A DNA stretch of 64,000 bases from Vicinamibacteria bacterium (GTDB taxonomy: Bacteria; Acidobacteriota; Vicinamibacteria; Vicinamibacterales; JAENWD01). Below are positions 19,171-29,700 of the stretch, one piece after another. Both the position numbers and the translations under genes were made by a program. Each line of letters begins with the position of its first letter. Position 1 is the stretch's first letter. The notes under the pieces were generated by a model. The model was not told the origin of the DNA. It saw only the letters and a program-made list of their open reading frames with translations, and searched no databases. The DNA is taken from positions 167,182 to 231,181 of the forward strand of contig CAWDCH010000008.1 in NCBI GenBank assembly GCA_963800785.1, read 5' to 3'.

Positions 19171-20856
19171 GTGAACGAATTGTGGCGGCGGGGATTCATC
19201 CCTGCGAAGCAGTCTCTGCTCTGTATTGCGTGTGTGTCGACAGTCCTGGCAGCGCCGCACGTCCGCGCCGCGGCCGAATCGGAACCGGCGGCCGACGTGC
19301 CCAGGATCGCGGGCGCGCAGGTGCGGGCGCATATCGAGTTCCTGGCTGACGACCTGCTGGAGGGACGGGAAGCAGGCACGCGCGGGTTCGATCTCGCGGC
19401 AAAGTACGTCGCGACCGTCCTGAAGGACGCTGGTCTCAAACCCGCAGCAGACGATGGCACTTACTTTCAGAAGGTGCCGCTGCGAAAGAGCACGTTGGGT
19501 GCGAGCGTGTTGTCGGTGACGCCAAAGTCCGGTGGGACGGCAGCGACGATCACGATCCCGGATGAGGGAGTGGTTCTCTCCAACCACAATGTGCCGAGCG
19601 TCGATGCCAGCGGCGACGTGGTCTTCGCCGGCTATGGCGTGACAGCGCCGGAGATTGCGTACGACGACTACGCCGGCATCGACGTCAACGGCAAGATCGT
19701 GCTCGCCGCCTACAACGCGCCCGCGAAGTTGAACAGCGAGATCCGCGCGCACTACGCGTCGCCTGTGCAGAAGCTGAAGAACGCGGCGAACCGCGGCGCG
19801 AAAGGCATCATCTTCATGTTCACGCCCGAGGATCAGCAGCGCATCCCCTGGGACTTTGCGAAAGCCCGGATGTCAGACCCCGGCTACACGACGATGCAGC
19901 CGGATGGCACCGCGTTCCTCAACGAGCCACGGATGAACGCGGTCGCATACGTCAATACGGCGGGCGCGCAGAAGCTGTTTGCCGGCGCACCGACCTCGAT
20001 GGACGACGCGATCGCGTCAATTGTCCGTGGGGAGCCGAAGTCGTTCGCGCTGCCGGTCGCGGCGACGATCAAGGTCACCACGACGCATTCCGATGCGATG
20101 AGCGTGAACGTCGTCGCCAAGCTCGAAGGATCGGATCCAGCGCTGGCCAGGACATCGGTGCTGCTGACGGCCCATCTCGACGGCGTCGGCATCGGGCCGG
20201 CGGTCAACGGCGATCGCATCAACAATGGCGCTTACGACAACGCGACCGGCAGCGCCATTCTGCTGGAAGTGGCGCGCGCGCTCGGCGCCGGCCCGCGTGC
20301 GCCCAAGCGATCGGTGCTGGTGGTGTTCGTCACGGCGGAGGAAAAGGGACTCCTCGGCTCCGACTACTTTGCCCGGCATCCGGTGAAGGCGGCAGGCCAG
20401 ATGATCGCGGACGTGAACCTGGACATGCCGGTGTTCATGACGCCCAGCAACGAGCTCGTAGCGTTCGGATCCGAGAACTCGACGCTCGATGCCATCGTCA
20501 CACGCGCCGCACAGGCCGAAGGCTACGTGTCAGCGCCCGACCCGATGCCCGAAGAGAACATCTTCGTGCGCAGCGACCAGTACTCCTTCGTGAAGCAGGG
20601 CGTGCCGTCGGTGTACCTGATGCCCGGCTTCACGCCGATCGATCCGAAGTCCACGACGCCGCGGTTCGAGGAGTTCCGGAAGGAGCACTACCACAAGCCA
20701 AGCGACGACCTGTCGCTGCCGATGGACCTGGACGCCCTCGCGCGCTTCACGCGCGTGAACTACCGCGTCATCGTCGCGATCGCGAACGACCCTGTCGCGC
20801 CGACGTGGAAGCCGGGCAACTTCTTTGGGAAGATGTTTGGGAGGGGCACTAACTAG
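19171..20856 (+). CDS. M28 family peptidase with PA domain
   Basis: GGGAGG RBS, LEGREAG, TAHLD, GAYDNATG, AEEKGLLGS, NLDM, RSDQ, YHKPSD. Confidence 0.92.
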   Translation: MNELWRRGFIPAKQSLLCIACVSTVLAAPHVRAAAESEPAADVPRIAGAQVRAHIEFLADDLLEGREAGTRGFDLAAKYVATVLKDAGLKPAADDGTYFQKVPLRKSTLGASVLSVTPKSGGTAATITIPDEGVVLSNHNVPSVDASGDVVFAGYGVTAPEIAYDDYAGIDVNGKIVLAAYNAPAKLNSEIRAHYASPVQKLKNAANRGAKGIIFMFTPEDQQRIPWDFAKARMSDPGYTTMQPDGTAFLNEPRMNAVAYVNTAGAQKLFAGAPTSMDDAIASIVRGEPKSFALPVAATIKVTTTHSDAMSVNVVAKLEGSDPALARTSVLLTAHLDGVGIGPAVNGDRINNGAYDNATGSAILLEVARALGAGPRAPKRSVLVVFVTAEEKGLLGSDYFARHPVKAAGQMIADVNLDMPVFMTPSNELVAFGSENSTLDAIVTRAAQAEGYVSAPDPMPEENIFVRSDQYSFVKQGVPSVYLMPGFTPIDPKSTTPRFEEFRKEHYHKPSDDLSLPMDLDALARFTRVNYRVIVAIANDPVAPTWKPGNFFGKMFGRGTN

Positions 20857-20965
20857 AACTCGAGAACTCGAGAAATGTCGGGATGCACCCCGGCGTTGCG
20901 CCTGCAACGCAAGTAGGGCGGACCTTCAGGTCCGCCTTCTCGAGTTCTCGAATTCTCGCGCTTCT
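20855..20965. repeat. Inverted CTCGAGAA octamer repeats enclosing a GTAG REP (20913-20936)
   Basis: GTAGGGCGGACCTTCAGGTCCGCC flanked by CTCGAGAA / TTCTCGAG units. Confidence 0.75.
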
Positions 20966-20971
20966 CGATTT

Positions 20972-22111
20972 CTATTTCGCTACGCCAAACCGATAGACAG
21001 TCGTCGTCTTGTACTCCTGCCCCGGCCGCAACACGACGGAGGGGAAGTCCGGCTTGTTCGGCGAATCGGGGTAGTGCTGCGTTTCCAGGCAGAACGCCGC
21101 GCGCTTTGGATACACCTTCCCGCCTTTGCCTTTGATCGTGCCGTCCAGGAAGTTCCCCGTGTAGAACTGCACGCCGGGCTCGGTGCTGAGCACGTCGAGC
21201 GTGCGGCCCGTGGTCGGCTCGCTGACGTGCGCGACGGGACGCAGCGTGCCTGCCTGGCCGTTGACCACGAAGTTGTGGTCGTAGCCGCCGCCGAGCGTGA
21301 TCTGTTCGTCCTTCGCATCGATCCGCGCGCCGATGGCCGTGGGTTGCCGGAAGTCGAACGCCGTGCCCTGGACCGGCTTCAGCTCGCCGGTCGTAATCAG
21401 CCCCTGCGCAACCGGCGTGAAGCGGTCGGCGAACAGCTGCAGCTGGTGATCGAGAATCGTGCCCGTGCCCTGGCCGGCCAGATTGAAGTAGGAGTGATTC
21501 GTCAGGTTGACGACCGTCGGCTTGTCGGTGGTGGCGTGATAGTCGGCACGCAGATCGTTGCCGTCGGTCCACGTGTAGGTCACGTGCGCGGTGAGCGTGC
21601 CGGGGTATCCCTCGTCGCCGTCAGGGCTGACGTGCGTGAGCTCGATCGCGAGCCCGTCCTTTGACGGGACCTCGCGCGCATTCCACACGTACTTGTCGAA
21701 CCCCTTGACGCCGCCATGGAGCGTGTTGGCGCCGTTGTTCTTCGCGAGCGTGTAGGTCTTGCCATCGAGCGTGAACTGCGCGCCGCCGATGCGGTTGCCG
21801 TAGCGTCCGACAACCGCGCCAAAAAATGGATGCGTGCCGAGATAGCCGTCGAGCGAATCGAAGCCCAGCACGACATCGCCAACCGTGCCGGTCTTGTCGG
21901 GCACGTTGATGGACACGACGATCGCGCCGTAGGTCGTGATCGCGACCGAATTGCCCTTCGCGTTGGTCAGCGTGAACAGCTCGACCGCCTCACCTTTGGG
22001 CCCCTTGCCCCATGCCTGGCGGCGAATGCCTCGAGAGTCGGCCGAGGCAGCAATGGCGAGTCCAAAGGTCACCAGCAGGAAAGAGATCAGCATCGCGGGT
22101 CGTCGCACCAT
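20972..22111 (-). CDS. galM: Aldose 1-epimerase (galactose mutarotase), secreted
   Basis: GRYGNRI, LHGG, EGYPG, NLTNHSYFNL, GYDHNF, QFYTGN, FCLETQHYPD; AAGGAG RBS. Confidence 0.95.
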   Translation of the reverse strand: MVRRPAMLISFLLVTFGLAIAASADSRGIRRQAWGKGPKGEAVELFTLTNAKGNSVAITTYGAIVVSINVPDKTGTVGDVVLGFDSLDGYLGTHPFFGAVVGRYGNRIGGAQFTLDGKTYTLAKNNGANTLHGGVKGFDKYVWNAREVPSKDGLAIELTHVSPDGDEGYPGTLTAHVTYTWTDGNDLRADYHATTDKPTVVNLTNHSYFNLAGQGTGTILDHQLQLFADRFTPVAQGLITTGELKPVQGTAFDFRQPTAIGARIDAKDEQITLGGGYDHNFVVNGQAGTLRPVAHVSEPTTGRTLDVLSTEPGVQFYTGNFLDGTIKGKGGKVYPKRAAFCLETQHYPDSPNKPDFPSVVLRPGQEYKTTTVYRFGVAK

Positions 22112-22359
22112 CAACGGGCACTCCTTCGCAGCGTATTTGATGTCGGACCACTCCCAAAAAGCAACCGCTCCAGCCCTCTTGTGGAGCGGGACTTGTCTTT
22201 CCGCCACGCCACGGCGATTTGACGGCTTGGCAGCCGTGGCTTGACCCGCAGGCGTCGGGCAGCGCCGCCAGGCACTGGTAAGGATGTTAAGGTATGGCGC
22301 CTGCTCGACATTCTTGACAGTGCCCGGCACCAATCCGGGCACGCACAGGAGGCCTCACT

Positions 22360-23532
22360 GTGATTGCCCGACGCGCGCTCTTCTCCGCTCTCGGAGCGAC
22401 TGGTCTCTTCTCGTTTGCCCGTGACGCTGCCGCACAGACCGGGCAATCGGCGCGGGGGTTCAACGGGCTGGTTTCAGGCCTCTCCGATCTGAGCCGCCTG
22501 TCGCGCGCCAGGTCACGATCGATCAGCCCCGAGAACTTCACCGGCGCGAAGGGCGGCGGCGGCCAGGCGGTGAACGGAACCGGCGCCAAGGCCTCACGCG
22601 ACCTCGGGAAAGGCTGGAAGGTCTCGCCCTCGGTGCGCATCGAGGCCGGCCAGACGTTCACGCTCGCCGAGATCACCGGGCCCGGCGCGATTCAGCACAT
22701 CTGGATGACGCCGACGGGCCACTGGCGCTTCTCGATCCTGCGGGTGTACTGGGACGGCGAAACCAATCCTTCAATCGAAGTTCCAGTTGGCGACTTCTTC
22801 GCCTCAGGCTGGGGGAAGTACGGCCAGGTCAGCTCGCTCGCCGTGGCGGTCAATCCGGGCAGCGCATTCAACTGTTACTGGACGATGCCGTTCCGGAAGA
22901 GTTGCCGGATCACGATGACCAACATTGCCGCCGAGGCGATGACGCTCTACTACCAGGTCGACTACGCGCTCACCGACATCCCAGACGATGCGGCGTACTT
23001 CCATGCGCAGTTCCGTCGCGTGAACCCGCTGCCGTACAAAGAGGTGTACACGCTGGTCGACGGCATCAAGGGCGAAGGCCACTATGTCGGCACCCACATG
23101 TCATGGGGCGTACGGAACAACGGCTGGTGGGGCGAGGGCGAGATCAAGTTCTACATGGACGGCGACACCGACTTCCCGACAATCTGCGGCACAGGCACTG
23201 AGGACTATTTCTGCGGCTCGTACAATTTCGAGAATCAGGAGGTGCACCGCTACCAGGAGTTCTCGACACCCTACTCGGGGCTGCCGCTCGTGATTCGGCC
23301 CGACGGGCAATACCAATCGCAGGAGCGCTTCAGCCTCTACCGCTGGCACATCGTCGATCCCATCCGCTTCGAACGGGATCTGCGCGTGACTATCCAGGCC
23401 CTGGGCTGGCGAAACGACGGGACCTATCTGCCGCTGCAGGACGACATCGCGTCCGTCGCTTACTGGTATCAGAGCGAACCTCATACTGCGTTTCCGGCGC
23501 TGCCGGGGAAGGAGGTGCTGGAGATCGTGTAG
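22360..23532 (+). CDS. DUF2961 / GH172 glycoside hydrolase, Tat-exported
   Basis: RRALF signal, RSISPENFTGAKG, HIWMT, PVGDFF, WWGEGE, GTGTEDYF, YRWH. Confidence 0.92.
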   Translation: MIARRALFSALGATGLFSFARDAAAQTGQSARGFNGLVSGLSDLSRLSRARSRSISPENFTGAKGGGGQAVNGTGAKASRDLGKGWKVSPSVRIEAGQTFTLAEITGPGAIQHIWMTPTGHWRFSILRVYWDGETNPSIEVPVGDFFASGWGKYGQVSSLAVAVNPGSAFNCYWTMPFRKSCRITMTNIAAEAMTLYYQVDYALTDIPDDAAYFHAQFRRVNPLPYKEVYTLVDGIKGEGHYVGTHMSWGVRNNGWWGEGEIKFYMDGDTDFPTICGTGTEDYFCGSYNFENQEVHRYQEFSTPYSGLPLVIRPDGQYQSQERFSLYRWHIVDPIRFERDLRVTIQALGWRNDGTYLPLQDDIASVAYWYQSEPHTAFPALPGKEVLEIV

Positions 23533-23559
23533 GGGCATGGGCAGGGCGCGATAGGAGGC

Positions 23560-23705
23560 GGGCATGACGTACGTAGGCCCGGCCATGACGTACGTATGCC
23601 CGAGCGTAGGCCCGAGCGTTGACGTATGTAGGCCCGAGCGTGACGTACGTAGGCCCGAGCTTCAGCTCGGGCACTGATTGCATGACAATGCCTTCAGCTG
23701 AGCTT
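23560..23705. repeat. Cluster of GTAGGCCCGAGC REP half-sites plus one full REP (23649-23672)
   Basis: Repeated ACGTAGGCCCG units ending in GTAGGCCCGAGCTTCAGCTCGGGC. Confidence 0.85.
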
Positions 23706-23769
23706 CGCGGTGTCCCATCAACAGTACGCCGCGGTCCCTCTTTATCGAGCAATTTCGCGGCTTTTGAGA

Positions 23770-23785
23770 CGGATCGCTCTTTGCT
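23770..23785 (+). promoter_or_regulatory. Putative sigma-54 promoter
   Basis: CGGATCGCTCTTTGCT; -12 C is 14 nt before ATG 23798. Confidence 0.45.
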
Positions 23786-23797
23786 ATGGAAGCTGGC

Positions 23798-25227
23798 ATG
23801 AAAAGTCATACTGTCCGTCCGGCCGGCTTCAACCGTCGCGTCATCGCCGTCACGATTGCGGCCGCATTGGCCGCCGGGCAGGCACTGGCGCAGACGCAGA
23901 TCACGCCACCGAAAAACAAGTTCACGCCTGAGCAGGACGTGCAGCTCGGTCAGGAAGCTGCGGCCGAAATCCGCAAGGCGTATCCGATCATCAAGAACGA
24001 CGCCGTCGACAGCTTTGTCGACGGCATCGGCGAGCGGCTGGTCGCTGCGGCGCCGCCGCAGTTGAACAACCCGGTGTTCCAGTACAACTTCACGCCGGTC
24101 AACCTGAAAGAGATCAACGCATTCGCACTGCCCGGCGGGCCGATGTTCATCAACCGCGGGATGATCGAGTCGGCGCACACCGAGGGGGAAGTCGCCGGCG
24201 TCATGGCGCACGAGCTCGCACACGTGCTGCTGCGGCACGGCACCGCCAACGCGACGAAGGCGCAGAACTTCCAGATTGGCGCCCTCGCCGGCGCGATCGC
24301 CGGCGCCATCGTCGGCGGTGGCCTCGGTCAGGTGATCAGCCAGGGCAGCCAGTTCGGGCTCGGCACGTGGATGTTGAAGTACAGCCGCGAGTACAAAAGC
24401 AGGCGGACATCCTTGGCGTCCAGATGATGGCGCGCGCCGGCTACGATCCGCGCGACCTGGCGCGCGTGTTCGAGAACATCGAGAAGCAGGGCGGCAGCGG
24501 CGCTCCCCAGTGGATGAGCGATCACCCGAACCCCGGGAATCGCTCGGCTTACATCGCGCAGGAAGCGCAGATGGTCAGGGTGTCGAACGTGCGCGACGAC
24601 AACGGCGATCTGCAGCGAACCAAGCAGGCGCTGTCGACGCTCCCGCGCGCCAGGTCGATGGCCGACCTGGAGCGGGCGGGTGGCCGTGGTGGCGACCCCG
24701 GCAACGAGGCGCCGGCGTCCGTCGGCCGCATCGGCGACCCGGTGCCACCGCCGTCGTCGTCGTATCGAAACGTGCGGGGCGGAAACCTGTTCCAGGCGAG
24801 CGTGCCGTCGAATTGGCAGGCCGTGCAGTCGTCGAACAGCGTCAAGTTCGTGCCCCAGAACGGGCTGGGTGACTACAACGGGGAGAGCGTCTTCACGCAC
24901 GGCGTCGAGGTCGGCGTCGCGCGCGCTGCGTCACGCGATCTGAACGAGGCGACCGAAGCGCTGCTTCAGGCGTTCGCACAGGGGAATCCGAACCTGCGCG
25001 AGGCACGGGACCCGCAGGTCACGCAGTTGGCCCAGCGCCGCGCCCTCGCCCACTATCTCGAGAACCGATCGGCCACCGGTGGCCGCGAGTACGTCGGCCT
25101 CTATACGACGTTCCTCTCGGACGGCAACGTGTTCTACTATCTGACCGTCGCGCCGGACGAGGACGTAAACCGGTTCAACCCGGCGTTTCAGCGAATCGGC
25201 AACTCGATCCGCCTGAACGACCGGTAG
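23798..25227 (+). pseudogene. M48 metallopeptidase with a 1-nt frameshift near 24396 (pseudogene or assembly error)
   Basis: INAFALPGG and AHELAH in frame 1; KQAD..GYDP..SDHPNPGNR in frame 2; GAGTAC-AAAAG-CAGGCGGAC lacks one base of the expected EYEKQAD. Confidence 0.85.
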
Positions 25228-25267
25228 AGCCGCCCCCCCACAGCTCGTCTCGCGCAAGGAGGAAACC

Positions 25268-25747
25268 GTGAGACGAGTTGTGCTCCTGCTCTTTATCGTG
25301 TTCGTTGCCGTGTCGAGCAGCGGCAGGGCTCAGGCGCCCGTCGCTCCGGCACACATCGGCATGCTGCCAGCCGAGATCAAATGGGGCCCAGCGTCGCCCG
25401 CGCTGCCGCCCGGCGCCCAGATGGCTGTGCTCGCCGGCGATCCGGGGAAAGAAGGCCCGTTCGTGCTCCGCGTCAAGCTGCCGGCCGGATATCGCGTCCC
25501 ACCACACTGGCATCCCGTTGACGAACACGTCACCATCATTTCGGGCACGCTGCAGCTCGGGATGGGTGACAAATTCGATGCCGGGTCGATGAGGGCGCTG
25601 ACCGCCGGTTCGTTCGCGATTGCGGAAAAGGAGATGCGGCACTACGTGCTGGCCAAAGGCCCGACGGTGATTCAGGTCAGCGCGATGGGGCCGTTCGTTA
25701 TTACGTATGTGAACGCTGCTGACGATCCCAGAAACAAGACGCAGTAG
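25268..25747 (+). CDS. Secreted cupin-domain protein (DUF4437-like)
   Basis: AGGAGG RBS, signal peptide, PPHWHPVDEHVTIISG, RHY. Confidence 0.88.
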   Translation: MRRVVLLLFIVFVAVSSSGRAQAPVAPAHIGMLPAEIKWGPASPALPPGAQMAVLAGDPGKEGPFVLRVKLPAGYRVPPHWHPVDEHVTIISGTLQLGMGDKFDAGSMRALTAGSFAIAEKEMRHYVLAKGPTVIQVSAMGPFVITYVNAADDPRNKTQ

Positions 25748-25764
25748 AACAGCGTCTTCGTTTC

Positions 25765-25902
25765 GGTCGAAGGGTCGAAGGGTCGAAGGGTCGAAGGGTC
25801 CAAGGGTCGAAGGGTCGAAGAGTCGAAGGGGTCACTCTTAGACCCTTAGACCCTTGGACTCTTCGACCTTTAGACCCTTAGACTCTTGGACCCTTCGACC
25901 TG
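25765..25902. repeat. Inverted octamer arrays (GGGTCGAA)n / (TT(A/C)GACCC)n
   Basis: Several copies in each direction, forming a foldback between convergent genes. Confidence 0.85.
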
Positions 25903-25906
25903 AAGG

Positions 25907-26752
25907 TTAAGCCGCCGACCTCGCCCGTTTCTTTGCGCTTGCGGCTTTGCGCGGCGAAGCGCGCTTCGTTGCCGCCTTCCGTCCGCCTTGGGCCAGGCTT
26001 TGACGCAACCGCGTCATCAGATCGATGACCTCCGCGCTCTGACGTGGTTCGGTCGCTTCCAGCTTCGCCGTCTTGCCCTTCATCTTGGCCTTCAGCACTT
26101 TCATCAGGTTACTGGTGTACTCGTCCTTGTACTTCGACGGCTCCCACTCGGACGTCATGCTGTCGACCAGCGACTTGGCGAGCTGCAGCTCCTTCGGACG
26201 AATCTCGGTTTTCTTCGGGAACGACAGCGTGCTTTCGTCGATCAGCTCGTCGGCGAATCGCATCAGCGTAAGCACGATGGCGTCGTCGACGACTGCGATG
26301 CCCGCGAGATGCTGCACCTCGCGCAGCATGACGCGGGCGATGCCGACCTTCTCGGCGTCCGCCATGGCGGCGCGCAGCACGGCGTACGCGCGCTCGTTGC
26401 CCTTCGACGGGACGATGTAGTACGGGACGTCGAAGAACCGCGGGTCAATCTCGGCTTCAGCGACGAAGTCGAGCACGTCGATGACGCGCGATTTCTCCAG
26501 CGCCGCCGCCTCGAAGTCTTCCTTCGTCAGCGTGACGAAGTGGCCCTTTTGGTACTCGTAGCCCTTGACCAGGTCTTCCCAGGGGACGACCTTGCCTTCC
26601 TTACGGCAGACGCGTTCGTACGAGATGGGGGATTTGTCCTTCGCGTGCAGCAGGCGGAACTTCGGACGCGCATCGCGTATGGCGGTGTGAAGCTCGACGG
26701 GAATGGAGACGAGACCGAACGACAGCGTGCCTTTCCAGAGCGCTCTAGCCAT
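25907..26752 (-). CDS. ku: NHEJ DNA end-binding protein Ku
   Basis: WKGTLSFGLVSIPV, VKGYEY, DFV, YKDEY, VIDLM..LRQSL, basic C-terminal tail. Confidence 0.96.
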   Translation of the reverse strand: MARALWKGTLSFGLVSIPVELHTAIRDARPKFRLLHAKDKSPISYERVCRKEGKVVPWEDLVKGYEYQKGHFVTLTKEDFEAAALEKSRVIDVLDFVAEAEIDPRFFDVPYYIVPSKGNERAYAVLRAAMADAEKVGIARVMLREVQHLAGIAVVDDAIVLTLMRFADELIDESTLSFPKKTEIRPKELQLAKSLVDSMTSEWEPSKYKDEYTSNLMKVLKAKMKGKTAKLEATEPRQSAEVIDLMTRLRQSLAQGGRKAATKRASPRKAASAKKRARSAA

Positions 26753-26764
26753 GGCGAAGGATAT

Positions 26765-26780
26765 TGCAAGCGGGACGCCA
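26765..26780 (-). promoter_or_regulatory. Putative sigma-54 promoter of ku
   Basis: TGGCGTCCCGCTTGCA; -12 C is 14 nt before the ATG. Confidence 0.6.
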
Positions 26781-26798
26781 GAACCGGGCAGCGGATAT

Positions 26799-29700
26799 TC
26801 AGAGCTCAGGGGTCGCGCGGTCTGTGAGCGCGCGTCGGGTGCGTGCGAGCAACTCTTCCAATCGCGTCATATCGACGGGCTTGACCAGGTGGTCGTCGAA
26901 CCCGGCCTCCGCAGAGCGGTGGCGATCGCTTTCACTGCCGTACCCGGTCAACGCGACAACCACGGCATCTGCCGTCTCCGGTGCGGCACGCAGCCGTTTG
27001 ACGACGTCGTAGCCACTCATCGACGGCAGGCCGATGTCGAGCACGATCAGCTCGGGGCGCCAGTCCGCTGCCAGCTGCAGCGCGCCCTGGCCGTCGTACG
27101 CAGTTTGTGCCTCATTGCCCAGAGCGCTCAGGAGCATCCGCAGGCTATCTGCCGAGTCGCGATTGTCGTCCACCACCAGGACTCGCAGGCGACCGGCTGA
27201 GGAGGCCCGTGCCCCGGCGTCGAGTGTCAACTGTGCATCCTCCATGGTGGCGCCCGGCGCCGCAAGCGGCAGACGTACCGTGAACACGCTGCCTTTGCCC
27301 GGGCCGCCGCTCGCCGCGGCGACGGAGCCGCCATGCATCTCGGTGAGGCGCTTCACCAGGGTGAGACCAATGCCCAAACCGCCCTGGGATCCGTCCAGCG
27401 TGCGGCCCGACTGCACGAACAAGTCGAAGATCATCGGCAGCACCTCGTCTGAAATGCCCGCCCCGTTGTCCTTTACCTCGACGACGGCATCGCCGTTCTT
27501 TCGCGACGTGCAGATCTCGACGCGTCCCGACTCGGGCGTGAACTTCGCCGCGTTGTTCAGCAGATTCGTCACGACCTGCACCATGCGTGTCAGGTCGACG
27601 TCGACCGGCAAGGGCTGGTTCGCGAAGGTCACCATCAGCGAATGACGGCTGGATTCGATTGCCGGACGGCTGGCCTCGACAGCGCGGTTGACGATAGTCG
27701 CGGCGTCGACCACTTCGCGCTGGAGCACAATCTTGCCCCGAGTGATCCGCGACACGTCCAGCAGATCGTCGACCAGCCGCACCATGTGATCCACCTGCCG
27801 CACCATCATGTCGGACGTCTGCTCGAGGACCGCATCGCCGCGTGCCCTGAGCCGCAGGATGTGCAGCGCGTTTCGGATCGGTGCCAGTGGATTGCGCAGC
27901 TCGTGCGAGAGCATCGCCAGGAATTCGTCCTTGCGGCGATCGGCGTCGCGGAGTGCGTCGTAGAGGCGGCTGTTCTCGATCGCGATTGCCGCCAGGTTCG
28001 CTAACTGCCGGAGAATCGCCTCGTCATCTTCGGTGAAGTCCCCGGATACGCGATCGGACAGCTGGATCGCCCCCAGAATGCGGCCATCGCGACCGACCAG
28101 TGGGACGGCGAGCCACCCGCGGAGCGCGGGACGAAGGCCGTCGTCATCAGGCGGCCACCAGGCGCTTTCCGCCGCGCGCTCGGTTTCCGTGAAACGAATC
28201 GGCGTGCGCCGCCGCCAGACTTCAGGATCCACGCGCGCGGGCCGGACGTCGCGGTCGCGGAGCGCAGCGTGCTTGTCGGAGAACGAGCACGCTGTGAGTG
28301 CGTTGTCCCAGTCTTCGTTCACCGCGATGCTGCTGTACGACTGATGAGAGGGGACGATGGTGAGGGCTTCACCTGCCATCACGCCGGCGATGCTCGTCAA
28401 CGACTGCGAGGCATTGATGGTGAGCGACGCGGCCGCGGCGCGCTGAAGACGTGTGCCGGTCTCGCGCTCCCGCTGCAGGCTGCCGACGAGTGCCTCGCGC
28501 GCGATTCGTTCGTCGTGCACGTCGATGGCGACGCCCGTCCAACGCTCGATCGTCCCGTCGGCCCGTTTGATTGCGCGTCCCTGAATCTGATGCCAGCGAT
28601 CCGCGCCGTCGGCCGCCCGGCGGATTGGCGCTTCGATCTCGCAGGTGTCGCCGCCCGCAATCGCGATGCGCCAGCCGTGCCGGGTGGCTTCGCGGTGCTC
28701 GGCCGGCACCGCCTGGAGCCAGCCGTCCCCAGCTGACTGATCGCTCGACAGACCGGTCAGATTCGACCACCACTGGTTGACAAACGTCAGGCGGCCATCC
28801 GGCGACGCCATCCACACGCTTTGCGGCGAGACCTCGATGAGCGTGCGATAGCGATCTTCGCTTTCCTGGAGGGCACGTTCGGCCTGGCGCCGTTCGCCGA
28901 TGTCGCGGAAGACGAGCACGACGCCGGTCATGGCGCCGCTGCGGTCGCGAATTGGCGCGCCGCTGTCGTCGATGGCGACTTCGGATCCGTCGCGGCGGAT
29001 GAGCAGCGTGTGGTTGGCGAGCCCGACGACGAGCCCTTCCTTCAAGACCTTGCTGACCGGACTCTCCACCGTCTGACGCGAGTGCTCGTTGACGATGCGG
29101 AACACTTCGGTGAGCGGGCGATTGATCGCGTCGCTGTTCCAGCCGGTGAGTTCCTCGGCGACGCGGTTCATGAACGTGACATTCCCGTTGGTGTTCGTGA
29201 CGATCACGGCTTCGCCGATGCTGGCGAGCGTGACTCGATAGCGCTCGCGTTCGTTGGCGACGACCATCGCCGACCGCTGCCGCACCAGCAGGACGCGCCT
29301 GACCAGCATGAAGACGAGGCCGACCATCACCGCCGCGACGCCCGTAGAAATGAGGTTGGAGACGAGCGCCAGCTGAAAACGGTGCGCGGCCACCGTCTCA
29401 CGCCCTTCGAGGAGGCCTTCCTCGACGCGCCGCATCTCCGCGATGCGCGCGCGGACCGTGTTCATGTGTTGCCGGCCTTCGCCCGTTGCGACAACGGCGC
29501 GACCGCGCTCGAGTCCATCCGGGCCCTGGCGTTCGGCGATGCTGCGATCGATCGTGTCGAGTCTTGCGCGGGCGGCGCGTTCGACTTCAACCAGCCGCGC
29601 CAGCTGGGACGGATTGTCGGGGATCAACGTGCGAACACCCTGGATCGCTTGCGGCATTGCCGCGGCGGCGGCGCGATATTGATCGAGGTAGCCCTGGTCT

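Noticed and set aside
22140..22350. Riboswitch or ncRNA in the galM-GH172 gap
   Set aside because: Only isolated hairpins (e.g. GTGCCCGG..CCGGGCAC); no recognisable aptamer
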